A stretch of DNA of 44,132 nt, from contig CAXGZN010000003.1 of assembly GCA_964014565.1 (NCBI GenBank), forward strand, positions 1-44,132. Reading direction: 5' to 3'. A model generated the notes under the pieces. It was not told where the DNA came from. It saw only the letters and a program-made list of their open reading frames with translations, and made no database searches. Every line of letters begins with the position of its first letter. The stretch's first letter is position 1. Positions 31,697-40,880 of this stretch are shown here, piece after piece. This DNA is from an uncultured Gammaproteobacteria bacterium. GTDB taxonomy: Bacteria > Pseudomonadota > Gammaproteobacteria > Magnimaribacterales > D2472. The position numbers and the translations under genes were made by a program.

Positions 31697-33306
31697 TTAT
31701 CAAAATATCCCATATAGCTAAAAACATCATTTGAGATCTTTTTAAAAAGTGGGGCTGCAACAGATCCTCCAGAATATTTTTGAGATCCCAAACCATCAAT
31801 ATTTACAAAGATGGTCAACTCATTTGAAGGATTAGGACCAATTCCAATAAAAGAAGCTGTATATGTTGAACTTTTATAATTACCGTCTCTAAGTTTTTCT
31901 GTTGTTCCTGTTTTCCCGCTTACATCAAAGTTTTCTAACTTTGCAAGTGCTCCTGTTCCATCTTCTACGACTTTCCTCATTGAAAATAAAATATCATTAG
32001 CAGTTGATTCGCTAATAATTTGTTCTGAGAAAATTTGAGATTCATTATCTTTAATAATATTGAAATCATAATAGGTGCCCTTATTTGCAAAGATTGCATA
32101 TGCCTGTGAAATTTGGAAAGGTGTCGCAGTTAATCCATAGCCATATCCAAGTGTCGCTATTTCAATATCAGAAATTTCATCTCTAGAATTAATCTCTCCA
32201 AATGATGTAGAAGGAAAATTAATATTTACAGGTTTTGAAAATCCAAATTTTTTATAATTATCAATTAGCCTATCTGCCCCTAAAAGAAATGATATCTGAG
32301 TTGCGCCAACTTGGCTTGATTCCTTAATAATCTCATATGCTTTAAGTTGTCCATATTTCTTTCTGTCATTAATAATGTTTCCATCAACTTCGATCTTTAT
32401 CGGTAGCTCCAATTCTGTGTCAATATCAATAAGATTTTTTTCAATAGCTCCGGCAAGAGCTAATGGTTTAACTATTGATCCCGGCTCATAGCTTTCAAGA
32501 AAAGCTCTATTTTTTTTTATGCTTCTCATTGGATTATTTGGATTGTAAGAAGGATAACTGGCTAGGGCTAGAACCTCTTTAGCTGAATTATCTAAAATAA
32601 TAACTGTCCCACCATTGCCATCATTATTTTTAATGGCTTCAACGAGATACTTATATGCAATGTATTGAATATTACTATCAATGGTGAGGTGGATATCTTT
32701 TGAGTTTTCACCAAATTCCAAGACTTCAAGCCTTTGTATTGTGCTTCTCGCCCCATCTCTCAGGACTCTCTCTCTAAGAGGCTTTCCAGTTAAAATTGAG
32801 TTATAGCTTTTTTCTAGGCCTTCTAAACCATATCCATCCCTTCCAGAGAAACCTACCAGTGGAGCAACCTGCTCTCCAAGAGGATAGTGACGTTTATAAG
32901 TTTTCTCTAACTCCAACCTATCTATTCTTAGAGACCTTATTTTTCGCATCTCTTCAAAAGATAATGAGTTCTTTATTAAGGATTTTTTATTGAAGGGTTT
33001 ATATTTTAAATCATTGAGTTTAAGAGTATTTTTAATTTTTAAGAAATCATCTTCGCTTAGGCCACTCAGCGCAAATAAATCAAAACCTGTAATACTTATT
33101 GCAAGAGGAATTCCATTTTTATCATAAATAGATCCGCGCTTGAATTTGATTACCCTTTCTGAGGTGTTTTGATTATTGCCTTTTTGTAGAAGAAAATTAC
33201 CCTGCTCAACTTGAACATAGACCATTCTCGAAACAATTGCTGTAATTGATAAGAAAAGAAATAAAAAAATTAAAAACAATCTCCAATTTTTATAATAAAT
33301 CTTCAT
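31693..33306 (-). CDS. ftsI: PBP3 / FtsI transpeptidase
   Basis: RGSIYDKNG, RHYP, GLEGLE, EPGSIVK and GKTGT motifs; dcw position. Confidence 0.95.
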   Translation of the reverse strand: MKIYYKNWRLFLIFLFLFLSITAIVSRMVYVQVEQGNFLLQKGNNQNTSERVIKFKRGSIYDKNGIPLAISITGFDLFALSGLSEDDFLKIKNTLKLNDLKYKPFNKKSLIKNSLSFEEMRKIRSLRIDRLELEKTYKRHYPLGEQVAPLVGFSGRDGYGLEGLEKSYNSILTGKPLRERVLRDGARSTIQRLEVLEFGENSKDIHLTIDSNIQYIAYKYLVEAIKNNDGNGGTVIILDNSAKEVLALASYPSYNPNNPMRSIKKNRAFLESYEPGSIVKPLALAGAIEKNLIDIDTELELPIKIEVDGNIINDRKKYGQLKAYEIIKESSQVGATQISFLLGADRLIDNYKKFGFSKPVNINFPSTSFGEINSRDEISDIEIATLGYGYGLTATPFQISQAYAIFANKGTYYDFNIIKDNESQIFSEQIISESTANDILFSMRKVVEDGTGALAKLENFDVSGKTGTTEKLRDGNYKSSTYTASFIGIGPNPSNELTIFVNIDGLGSQKYSGGSVAAPLFKKISNDVFSYMGYFDK

Positions 33307-33563
33307 TTAATCTTCCTTGGCCTAACCTTTACCATTCCAAGATCTTCTCTGGCTTTCTGCTCAATTCTAGCTGGAGAGTTAAGAAAAAATTCTTCAGTTA
33401 AGAGCTGATAATAAAGATTCTCTAATTCTTCATTTTGAATAGTCAGTATTTCTTGTGACTTAAAACTCGATCTTATTTCCCATCTGACATCAACTATAAT
33501 AAAAGATAAGTAAGTAATTATTACTAGCTGGAAAAATATAATTGGAAGATAAAAATTTTTCAT
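33303..33563 (-). CDS. ftsL: Cell division protein FtsL
   Basis: TM helix, coiled coil and RIEQKAREDLGM; lies between rsmH and ftsI. Confidence 0.88.
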   Translation of the reverse strand: MKNFYLPIIFFQLVIITYLSFIIVDVRWEIRSSFKSQEILTIQNEELENLYYQLLTEEFFLNSPARIEQKAREDLGMVKVRPRKIK

Positions 33564-34459
33564 TATATCTTTTCAAAAACTCTCATAATTGCACTTCTTG
33601 ACCTCCTATTTCTTTGAAGCTCAGAAGCACTTGGCTTAATTTTTTTAGCAACTACTTTAAATTCTTCAATAACTTCATTATTCAGTGGAATTTCCTTTGG
33701 ATAACTTGTCTTTTTTGGAGCGAAAGATTGCTTAACTGATCTGTCCTCGAGGGAGTGGAAAGAAATACAAACTATTCTTCCTCCAGTTTTCAGTAAATCC
33801 TTTGATTTATTTAATCCTACTTTTAGATTAGTTATCTCATCATTTAAATAAATTCTTAGAGCTTGGAAAGTTTGTGTTGCAGGATGTATTTTATTGGGTG
33901 ACCTGGTTTTTGATTTTTTTATTACTTCAGCCAAATCAATAGTATTTAAAATCCTGCCGTCCTTGTAAGAATTAATAATAGCTTGTGAAATTTTTCTAGA
34001 CTCTTTCTCATCGCCGTATTGGTAAATAATGTTTGCTAATGTTTCAGGATCAATAGTTTGAAGTAAATCTTCAAGTTTTTTAATTTGCCTTAGGTCGATT
34101 CGCATATCAAGCGGTCCAGCTTCACTAAAACTAAAGCCTCTTGAGGGATCATCATAATGAGTGGAACAAAGTCCAAAATCAAATAATATTCCGTCAGCCT
34201 GTTTAGCAGAATTTATTGAGTCTAAATCTTCAAAACCAGTATGTTCAATTGAAAAATTTTTGTCTTTAAAATTTTCTTTTGCAAATCTAATCGCATCGAT
34301 ATCTTTATCTAAAGCCAAAAGAGTCCCATCTTTGGTTATTGAATCTAATATCTTCCTAGAATGCCCGCCTCTACCAAAGGTTGCATCAATATACTTACCA
34401 GAAGGATTAGTTATTAAGAAATCAATCGATTCTTCCAGCAATACTGGAGAATGAAGCAT
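33563..34459 (-). CDS. rsmH: 16S rRNA m4C1402 methyltransferase
   Basis: HSPVLL, DATFGRGGHS, PLDMR, FQALRI and ISFHSLEDR motifs. Confidence 0.98.
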   Translation of the reverse strand: MLHSPVLLEESIDFLITNPSGKYIDATFGRGGHSRKILDSITKDGTLLALDKDIDAIRFAKENFKDKNFSIEHTGFEDLDSINSAKQADGILFDFGLCSTHYDDPSRGFSFSEAGPLDMRIDLRQIKKLEDLLQTIDPETLANIIYQYGDEKESRKISQAIINSYKDGRILNTIDLAEVIKKSKTRSPNKIHPATQTFQALRIYLNDEITNLKVGLNKSKDLLKTGGRIVCISFHSLEDRSVKQSFAPKKTSYPKEIPLNNEVIEEFKVVAKKIKPSASELQRNRRSRSAIMRVFEKI

Positions 34460-34462
34460 CTT

Positions 34463-35584
34463 TTAGTCTACTTGCTTTCTCATAAAAGTTGGTACATCGA
34501 GGAAATCAATTGCCTCTGCAGACGATGCACCAACTTGTTGAACTTCTTTATTTGTTAAATCTTTGTCTAATCCAACTGGTGAGAGCTTAATAGATGCTCT
34601 AGGTTTATTATCGATAGCAAGCTTTGGAGATTTTTGATTAACTCCTGTTGCAACTATAGTAACCATTAGTTCATCTTTGAGAGATGGATCAATTACAAGT
34701 CCGTAGATGCATGTCGCATCATCAGCAGTAAACTCCTCAACAACCTCACTTACCTCAGTAAAATCTCCCATTGTTGGGTCTTTTGCAGAAATATTTACTA
34801 GAACACCTCTTGCATCCTTAAGATTTATATCTTCAAGTAGTTCGCTTCCAACAGCTAATTCAGCTGCATCTCTTCCACGGTCTTTTGTGTTGGATCTTCC
34901 AGTACCCATCATTGCAATTCCTTTTTCTGACATAACTGTTTTTACATCAGCATAGTCAACGTTTATGAGACCTGGTTTCATGATAATATCTGAAATTCCT
35001 TGAACAGCTCCCTTTAAAACATCATCTGCTTGCGCAAAGGCTTCTGGAATAGGCGTATTTGCTCCAAGAACATCTATTAATTTTTGATTTGGTATTGTTA
35101 TTAAACTATCAACTTCCTCTACAAGAGCAGCAAGACCTTTTTCAGCTGAACTCATTCTTGGCTTACCTTCAAACTTAAATGGTTTCGTAACAACTGCAAC
35201 TGTTAAAGCACCGAGTTCTTTGGCAATTGATGCTATTACTGGTGCAGCTCCGGTTCCGGTTCCTCCACCCATGCCTGCAGTTATGAAGATCATATCTGAG
35301 CCATGAAGTAGTTGCTCAATTGCTTCTCTATCTCTCTCAGCAGCTTGCCTTCCAACTTCAGGATTTGCTCCAGCACCAAGTCCTTTAGTCATTCCGCCTC
35401 CAAGCTTTAAAATAGTGGCGCCCTTAGCATTTTCTAAGGCCTGTGAATCTGTATTAGCGCATATAAATTCTACACCTTGGATTTTGTGATTCATCATGTG
35501 GATCACAGCATTGCCTCCGGCACCACCCACCCCAATAACTTTTATTTTTGCTTGATCAATATCATTTACAACTTCCCAATTCAT
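34463..35584 (-). CDS. ftsZ: Cell division protein FtsZ
   Basis: GVGGAGGNA, GGGTGTG and INVDYADV motifs; C-terminal LDVPTFMRKQVD. Confidence 0.99.
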   Translation of the reverse strand: MNWEVVNDIDQAKIKVIGVGGAGGNAVIHMMNHKIQGVEFICANTDSQALENAKGATILKLGGGMTKGLGAGANPEVGRQAAERDREAIEQLLHGSDMIFITAGMGGGTGTGAAPVIASIAKELGALTVAVVTKPFKFEGKPRMSSAEKGLAALVEEVDSLITIPNQKLIDVLGANTPIPEAFAQADDVLKGAVQGISDIIMKPGLINVDYADVKTVMSEKGIAMMGTGRSNTKDRGRDAAELAVGSELLEDINLKDARGVLVNISAKDPTMGDFTEVSEVVEEFTADDATCIYGLVIDPSLKDELMVTIVATGVNQKSPKLAIDNKPRASIKLSPVGLDKDLTNKEVQQVGASSAEAIDFLDVPTFMRKQVD

Positions 35585-35594
35585 TTCATCTCCC

Positions 35595-36065
35595 CTAAAA
35601 ACTCATATCCTTTATAGATTCTGGAAGAACAATATCTAGGATCTCTGTTGCAAGACTTCCTCCAGTCTGTCTTTGCTCCCAATTTTCTTGATTCCAAATT
35701 TCAAACTTATTTCCCATTCCAATTAAACATATTCTGTTTGCTTCCTCTATTTGTGCATATTTTTTTAGATCAGCAGAAATTAAAACCTGCATTCTCCCAT
35801 TAGGTTCAAAATCACAAACGCTTGCATTACCTAGAATTGTCCATTGAAGATTTCTGACTATTGGATCTAGGCCTTGTAAGGAAGATAGTTTTGTGGCTAT
35901 TTGATCCCACTCACTACCTAAGTAAACCTTAAGTGCAGGATATTGAGGATCTTTAGTAATAACTATTTGATTTTCATTTGAATTAATAAATGCATCTCTG
36001 TATTTAGCAGGAAATGAAAATCTGCTCTTTTTATCAATAGAAATGTTATTAAAGCCAAACATCAT
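35595..36065 (-). CDS. mraZ: Transcriptional regulator MraZ
   Basis: Two AbrB-like repeats (DKKSRFSFPAKYR; PNGRMQV) and GMGNKFEIW. Confidence 0.92.
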   Translation of the reverse strand: MMFGFNNISIDKKSRFSFPAKYRDAFINSNENQIVITKDPQYPALKVYLGSEWDQIATKLSSLQGLDPIVRNLQWTILGNASVCDFEPNGRMQVLISADLKKYAQIEEANRICLIGMGNKFEIWNQENWEQRQTGGSLATEILDIVLPESIKDMSF

Positions 36066-36070
36066 TACAT

Positions 36071-36124
36071 ATTATAAAGTATTTACGCACTTTACAATAC
36101 TTTTAACGCACTTTATAACACTTT
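36071..36124 (-). promoter_or_regulatory. dcw promoter with four tandem MraZ-type boxes
   Basis: Minus strand AAAGTG/AAAGTG/AAAGTA/AAAGTG at 36119, 36109, 36098 and 36088 (10-11-bp period); TATAAT at 36071-36076. Confidence 0.75.
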
Positions 36125-36137
36125 TTTATAAAGATAT

Positions 36138-36459
36138 GAGTTGGTCTATAAGCCGGATTCTGTTCAAGATGATCATCTATCTCGATATTATGTTGCCATA
36201 ATACTCTAGCGACCTACCCGAGCTCAGAATGAGCATTCCTATTGAGCTCCTATTTGGTCTTGCTTCAAGCGGGGTTTGCACTGCCATGGAATGTTACCAT
36301 TCATGCGGTAAGCTCTTACCTCACCTTTTCACCCTTACCCTAAGGCGGTATATTTTCTGCTGCACTTTCCGTAGACTCACGTCCCCCAGGAGTTACCTGG
36401 CGCCTTGCTCATGAAGTCCGGACTTTCCTCTGGATTTCCAGCGATCATCCGACCAACTC
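36138..36459 (-). ncRNA. rnpB: RNase P RNA (type A, compact)
   Basis: GAGGAAAGTCC and ACAGAATCCGGCTTA universal segments; terminal P1 helix GAGTTGGTC/GACCAACTC; located between rsmI and mraZ. Confidence 0.97.
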
Positions 36460-36489
36460 GGTTACATTTTATTTAAAAAAACTTTTTCT

Positions 36490-37305
36490 TCAACTTTTTT
36501 TAGTTAGCCACTCGTAGAGATCCCTTTTATTTTGTCGAGTGATAGAGCTTAAAAGCTTTGCGGCTTCGCTTGGAGACATTTTCCTCAATATAAGATCTTT
36601 AATTTCATTATCTAAGTCTATTGGCGGCTCTATTAAATCTTTATCTCCCTCAATAAGTAAGCATATCTCTCCTTTAATATCTCTTGATGATACCTTCGAA
36701 AGAATCTCAGAGATTGATCCTCTTATTACTTCTTCATGTTTTTTTGTCATTTCTCTACAAATAACAGCTCGTCTATGTGATGGATAAATCTTCTGCATCA
36801 CCGATAGCGTCCTGACTAATCTTTTTGGTGATTCAAAAAAAACTAATGTTGCATCATTTTTTATATTATTTTCAAAAACTTTTTTTCTTTCAGAGTCTTT
36901 TCTTGGTAAAAACCCCAAAAACATAAATTTATTAATAGGAAATCCAGATAATAGTAAAGAGTTTATTACCGAAGAGGGTCCAGGAATTACTGAGTAATCA
37001 ATATTTTCTTTAATGCACTCATTAACCAATATGTATCCTGGATCAGATATCAGGGGAGCACCGGCATCTGAAATTAATGATATCGTTTTTCCTGCCCTAG
37101 CCTCTTTAATTATACTTTTTGTCTTACTTTTCTCGTTGTGGTCATTAAAAGAAAAACTTTTTTTATCAATTTTATACCTATCAAAAATTTTTTGAGCTTT
37201 ACGGGTATCCTCGGCATATATAAGGTCACTGCTATTAAGTATTTCTATTGACCTTAAAGAAATATCATTTAAATTACCTATTGGAGTACAAATTAAATAA
37301 ATCAT
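36490..37305 (-). CDS. rsmI: 16S rRNA Cm1402 methyltransferase
   Basis: TPIGNLNDIS, AEDTR, SDAGAPLISDPG and REMTKKHEE motifs. Confidence 0.97.
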   Translation of the reverse strand: MIYLICTPIGNLNDISLRSIEILNSSDLIYAEDTRKAQKIFDRYKIDKKSFSFNDHNEKSKTKSIIKEARAGKTISLISDAGAPLISDPGYILVNECIKENIDYSVIPGPSSVINSLLLSGFPINKFMFLGFLPRKDSERKKVFENNIKNDATLVFFESPKRLVRTLSVMQKIYPSHRRAVICREMTKKHEEVIRGSISEILSKVSSRDIKGEICLLIEGDKDLIEPPIDLDNEIKDLILRKMSPSEAAKLLSSITRQNKRDLYEWLTKKS

Positions 37306-37307
37306 AA

Positions 37308-38273
37308 GTGAAAACTGTTAATTTCAACAATCTACTAATTATAAGCTTTATTTGCTTTTTTTTTCTTGGTTGCTCTTCAACACAATTAGTTGATATTTCA
37401 AAGGATGAACAGCTTAATGATCTTCTTGATAATATTGGACAAGTAGAATTAAAAATTAATGCTAATGAAGAAGTTAAGCAGCTTATTATTAAATCAATAG
37501 TTTCCCTAGATTCTGATATAAAAATAAATTTTGTCGATAGCATTGATAGTGGAGTCCTTCCAATATCAAACAATTTTCTAAATCAAGATTTCGCTTATTT
37601 TTGTAAGCCCGCAAACGTGTATCTTGAGGAAGTCACAGAACAATACTTGTTTGATTTTCAAAAAAACGATGAGGTTTTTATTTTTTATAGTGAAAGATTT
37701 AAAAACCAAGCAGAGGCAATAAAGAATAGTTATCCTGGTGTAAGAATCTTTAAACTGGAGGAGGATTATGATTATTTTGTTAAGAGAGTATTTGAATTGT
37801 CAGGAAGTAATAGTAGAGGAGATTTAATAAATAGATTAGTTCAAGAGGAAGATATAGGTTTTGTGCCAAGGCCAAGAGAGGATTTTGAAAAAATCTATAT
37901 TATTGCCGACTATGATCAATCTAAAAACTTTATTCCTTCATTAAGGTTTAACTACATCTTAGGTAAAGAAATTTATGTGTCTTCGCAATCGGTAACAAGA
38001 ATTGAAGATAGAAAAAAATTGTTAGACTTTTCTGGAGTTATTCTCTCAGTTCCTAACTCATTTTTGAAAGAAGATGAGTCATTAAATCTTGATGAGCTCT
38101 CAAAGTTATCATTTTTGCAGGATTTAATACTTATTTCTGCAATCAAAAAAAATAATGGTAATTCTCAAATAATTGCTGGCCAGTTTGCAAATATTCGCTT
38201 CTCACAAAATACTTGCTCTGATATGCAAACAAATCTTGTTAAGATTGATAATCTAGGATTTAGTCAGCTCTGA
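37308..38273 (+). CDS. lpoA: Truncated LpoA/LppC-like PBP-activator lipoprotein
   Basis: GTG start, lipobox FLGC, and PRPREDFEKIY...PSLRFNY...IYVSS resembling the LpoA C-terminal domain. Divergent from rsmI, as lpoA usually is. Confidence 0.65.
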   Translation: MKTVNFNNLLIISFICFFFLGCSSTQLVDISKDEQLNDLLDNIGQVELKINANEEVKQLIIKSIVSLDSDIKINFVDSIDSGVLPISNNFLNQDFAYFCKPANVYLEEVTEQYLFDFQKNDEVFIFYSERFKNQAEAIKNSYPGVRIFKLEEDYDYFVKRVFELSGSNSRGDLINRLVQEEDIGFVPRPREDFEKIYIIADYDQSKNFIPSLRFNYILGKEIYVSSQSVTRIEDRKKLLDFSGVILSVPNSFLKEDESLNLDELSKLSFLQDLILISAIKKNNGNSQIIAGQFANIRFSQNTCSDMQTNLVKIDNLGFSQL

Positions 38274-38871
38274 GATCTTTTTCGATTGTTGTCAAACTAT
38301 CAATAAAGCCAGGTCTCTCAAAAATTTTGTTTTGATAATCTAAGAGAGGTTTGAGTTGTTTATTGTATGGAAGATTTATACCCATGGATGTTAATCTCCA
38401 CATAATTGGTGCTAGATAACAATCAACAAGAGTGAAATCTTCATTCATAAAGAATGGAAATTCTTTGAAAATCGGTGAAATCGTTGCAAGCTCTTGAATC
38501 AGTTCTTCTTTGGTCTTTTTCTCTTTTGGTTTTGTAAGCTTTCCTGAAATTATTGAATCTACTAAGGGGCACCACTCTCTATCTATTCTGAGCATTAACT
38601 CTCTGCAGTTGGCTCTTGCAACAGGGTAGACTGGAAGCAATGGAGGATGTGGAAATCTTTCATCGAGATATTCCATCATTACTGATGTATCGTAAAGAGC
38701 TAAATCTCTATCAACCAGAATTGGTAATTTATGGTAAGGACTGACAGAAAGAATATCATCTGGAGCTTCTTCGATATCGAATTCTCTTATTTCGCATGCT
38801 ATGTCTTTCTCAGCTAGAACTATTCTAACTCTGTGGCTGTAGTGATTATCTCGCTCTGAATATAAAATCAT
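38260..38871 (-). CDS. sspA: Stringent starvation protein A (GST fold)
   Basis: YSHRVRIVLAEK and EYLDERFPHPPLLPVYPVARA motifs; follows petC. Confidence 0.96.
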   Translation of the reverse strand: MILYSERDNHYSHRVRIVLAEKDIACEIREFDIEEAPDDILSVSPYHKLPILVDRDLALYDTSVMMEYLDERFPHPPLLPVYPVARANCRELMLRIDREWCPLVDSIISGKLTKPKEKKTKEELIQELATISPIFKEFPFFMNEDFTLVDCYLAPIMWRLTSMGINLPYNKQLKPLLDYQNKIFERPGFIDSLTTIEKDLRAD

Positions 38872-38883
38872 GTTGAACTTCTC

Positions 38884-39675
38884 CTAGTGATAGTCTTTTT
38901 GATATTCTCTGTAGAGAAGCGCAGAAAGAAATGTAAATATAATAAAGAATATTATCGCATATACTCCCATTCTTTCCCTTTCCGCCCTGCTAGGCTCACC
39001 TACATATGTCAAAAAATTTGTGAGATCATATATAAATTCATCAAACTCTTCAACATTTAACAATCCTGAGCCATCTTGATGTTTGAGGTAGCCACACTTT
39101 TCTTTAGTGATAGTGTTTCCAAATTCATCTCTCTTTTCACCGCCGTTCTTTGCTAAAACAGGTATCTCTTTGCAACCAAGTTTTTGGTTGCCTTGAATTG
39201 GAGCCAAAATATTTGGCATATTTACTCCTGGATAAACAAGATTATTAGATCCATAAGTAGTTGAAGAATCATCATAAAAAGCTCTTAAATAAGTGTAAAC
39301 CCAGCTTGAAGTTCTTTTTCTTGCAACTAAAGTTAAATCAGGAGGAGCGTTATCAATTTCTAATTCATGAATAGGGGCAACCATTAAATCAAATGGTCCC
39401 GCATCCTGATCTGGAACAAGATATTCAAAGAAAATGTCTTCGGGTATTTGAAGATCATTGGCAACCCTTCCCCATCGAGAATATTTCAGTGAATGGCAGC
39501 TATAGCAGTATTTCATAAATGTTCCCACTCCTCTTTGAAGAGAAGCCATATTATTCAAATCTGGCTTAAACTGATCACAGTCTCCATAGTCTTTACATGG
39601 ACCTCCTTCAGCTGAATTTAAAGAAGGAGCAACAGAGAAAGATAAAAAACTTATAATTAATATTGATTTAATCAC
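38884..39675 (-). CDS. petC: Cytochrome c1
   Basis: SLQRG, CYSCH heme motif, PPDL, MP axial ligand and C-terminal TM anchor. Confidence 0.96.
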   Translation of the reverse strand: MIKSILIISFLSFSVAPSLNSAEGGPCKDYGDCDQFKPDLNNMASLQRGVGTFMKYCYSCHSLKYSRWGRVANDLQIPEDIFFEYLVPDQDAGPFDLMVAPIHELEIDNAPPDLTLVARKRTSSWVYTYLRAFYDDSSTTYGSNNLVYPGVNMPNILAPIQGNQKLGCKEIPVLAKNGGEKRDEFGNTITKEKCGYLKHQDGSGLLNVEEFDEFIYDLTNFLTYVGEPSRAERERMGVYAIIFFIIFTFLSALLYREYQKDYH

Positions 39676-40880
39676 AATCTATCTGGCACCTCATGTGTTT
39701 TTTCAATACTTGTGTAGATAGGCATCAAAAGGAAAAAGGCAAAATACATGACAGTGCATATTACTGACATGATTTTACCAGTCTCAGTAACAGTGACTGT
39801 TCCCAAATACCCTAATGTAATAAAGCTTACAACAAATAAAACTATCGCAATCTTACTCAATATTCCTTTGTAACGTATTGATGCCACATTACTTCTATCT
39901 AACCAAGGAACAACAAATAATATTGCTACAGCTGCTGCCATAACTATTAGTCCTCCTAAAGGATCTGGAATAGCTCTTAGCATTGTGTAATATGGGGCGT
40001 AATACCATACAGGAGCAATATGTTCTGGTGTAACCAGCGGGTTTGCCTCTTCAAAATTCGCTAATTCAAGAAAATACCCTCCGCCTTCAGGAAAGAAAAA
40101 CATAATTATGCAAAAAACTAAACCAAAAACACCAATTGCAGGCATTGCACTTAAAACCTTGTATGGGAAAAAAGGTACGCTATCCAAAGGGACCCCATCT
40201 TCATCAATATATTCTTCAATATCTACTCCTTCGGGATTCCCAGCTCCAACTTCATGAAGAGCAACAAGATGAAGAAATACAAGTGCAATTAATATCAGAG
40301 GGAGTGCAACAACATGAAGGGCAAAAAACCTAGAAATTGTAATCCCAGAAATGTAATAGTCGCCTCGAACCCAAACTTCAAGTGATTCTCCAATGTATGG
40401 TATTGCTCCAAAAAGAGAAATTATTACTTGAGCTCCCCAATAAGACATTTGACCATATGGGAGAACATAACCTAAAAAACCTTCCGCCATCATCACTAAA
40501 TAAATTGTCATTCCAAAAATCCAAACTAATTCTTTTGGTTTCTTGTAGGATCCATACAAGAGACCTCTAAACATGTGCAAATATACTATTGCAAAGAACA
40601 TCGATGCTCCTGTTGTATGCATATATCTTATGATCCACCCATAATCTACATCTCTCATGATGTATTCAATGGAAGCAAATGCTCCCTCTTCAGTATTTGA
40701 ATAAGGCATCATCAACCAAATACCTGTAACTATTTGCAGAATAAGGACAATTGAAGCAAGGGCTCCAAAAAGATACCAAAAGTTAACTTTTTTGGGAACA
40801 GGATGCTTCGAAAGATGCCTTTCAAATGTATTTATAATAGGCAGTCTGTAGTTAATCCAATTTAGAACCTTTGTTACCAT
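39672..40880 (-). CDS. petB: Cytochrome b of the bc1 complex
   Basis: IMRDVDYGWIIRYMH, GQMSYWGAQVI, RFFALH and PVWY motifs. Confidence 0.98.
   Translation of the reverse strand: MVTKVLNWINYRLPIINTFERHLSKHPVPKKVNFWYLFGALASIVLILQIVTGIWLMMPYSNTEEGAFASIEYIMRDVDYGWIIRYMHTTGASMFFAIVYLHMFRGLLYGSYKKPKELVWIFGMTIYLVMMAEGFLGYVLPYGQMSYWGAQVIISLFGAIPYIGESLEVWVRGDYYISGITISRFFALHVVALPLILIALVFLHLVALHEVGAGNPEGVDIEEYIDEDGVPLDSVPFFPYKVLSAMPAIGVFGLVFCIIMFFFPEGGGYFLELANFEEANPLVTPEHIAPVWYYAPYYTMLRAIPDPLGGLIVMAAAVAILFVVPWLDRSNVASIRYKGILSKIAIVLFVVSFITLGYLGTVTVTETGKIMSVICTVMYFAFFLLMPIYTSIEKTHEVPDRL

Noticed and set aside
36229-36414. 61-aa plus-strand ORF
   Set aside because: Lies entirely antisense within rnpB.
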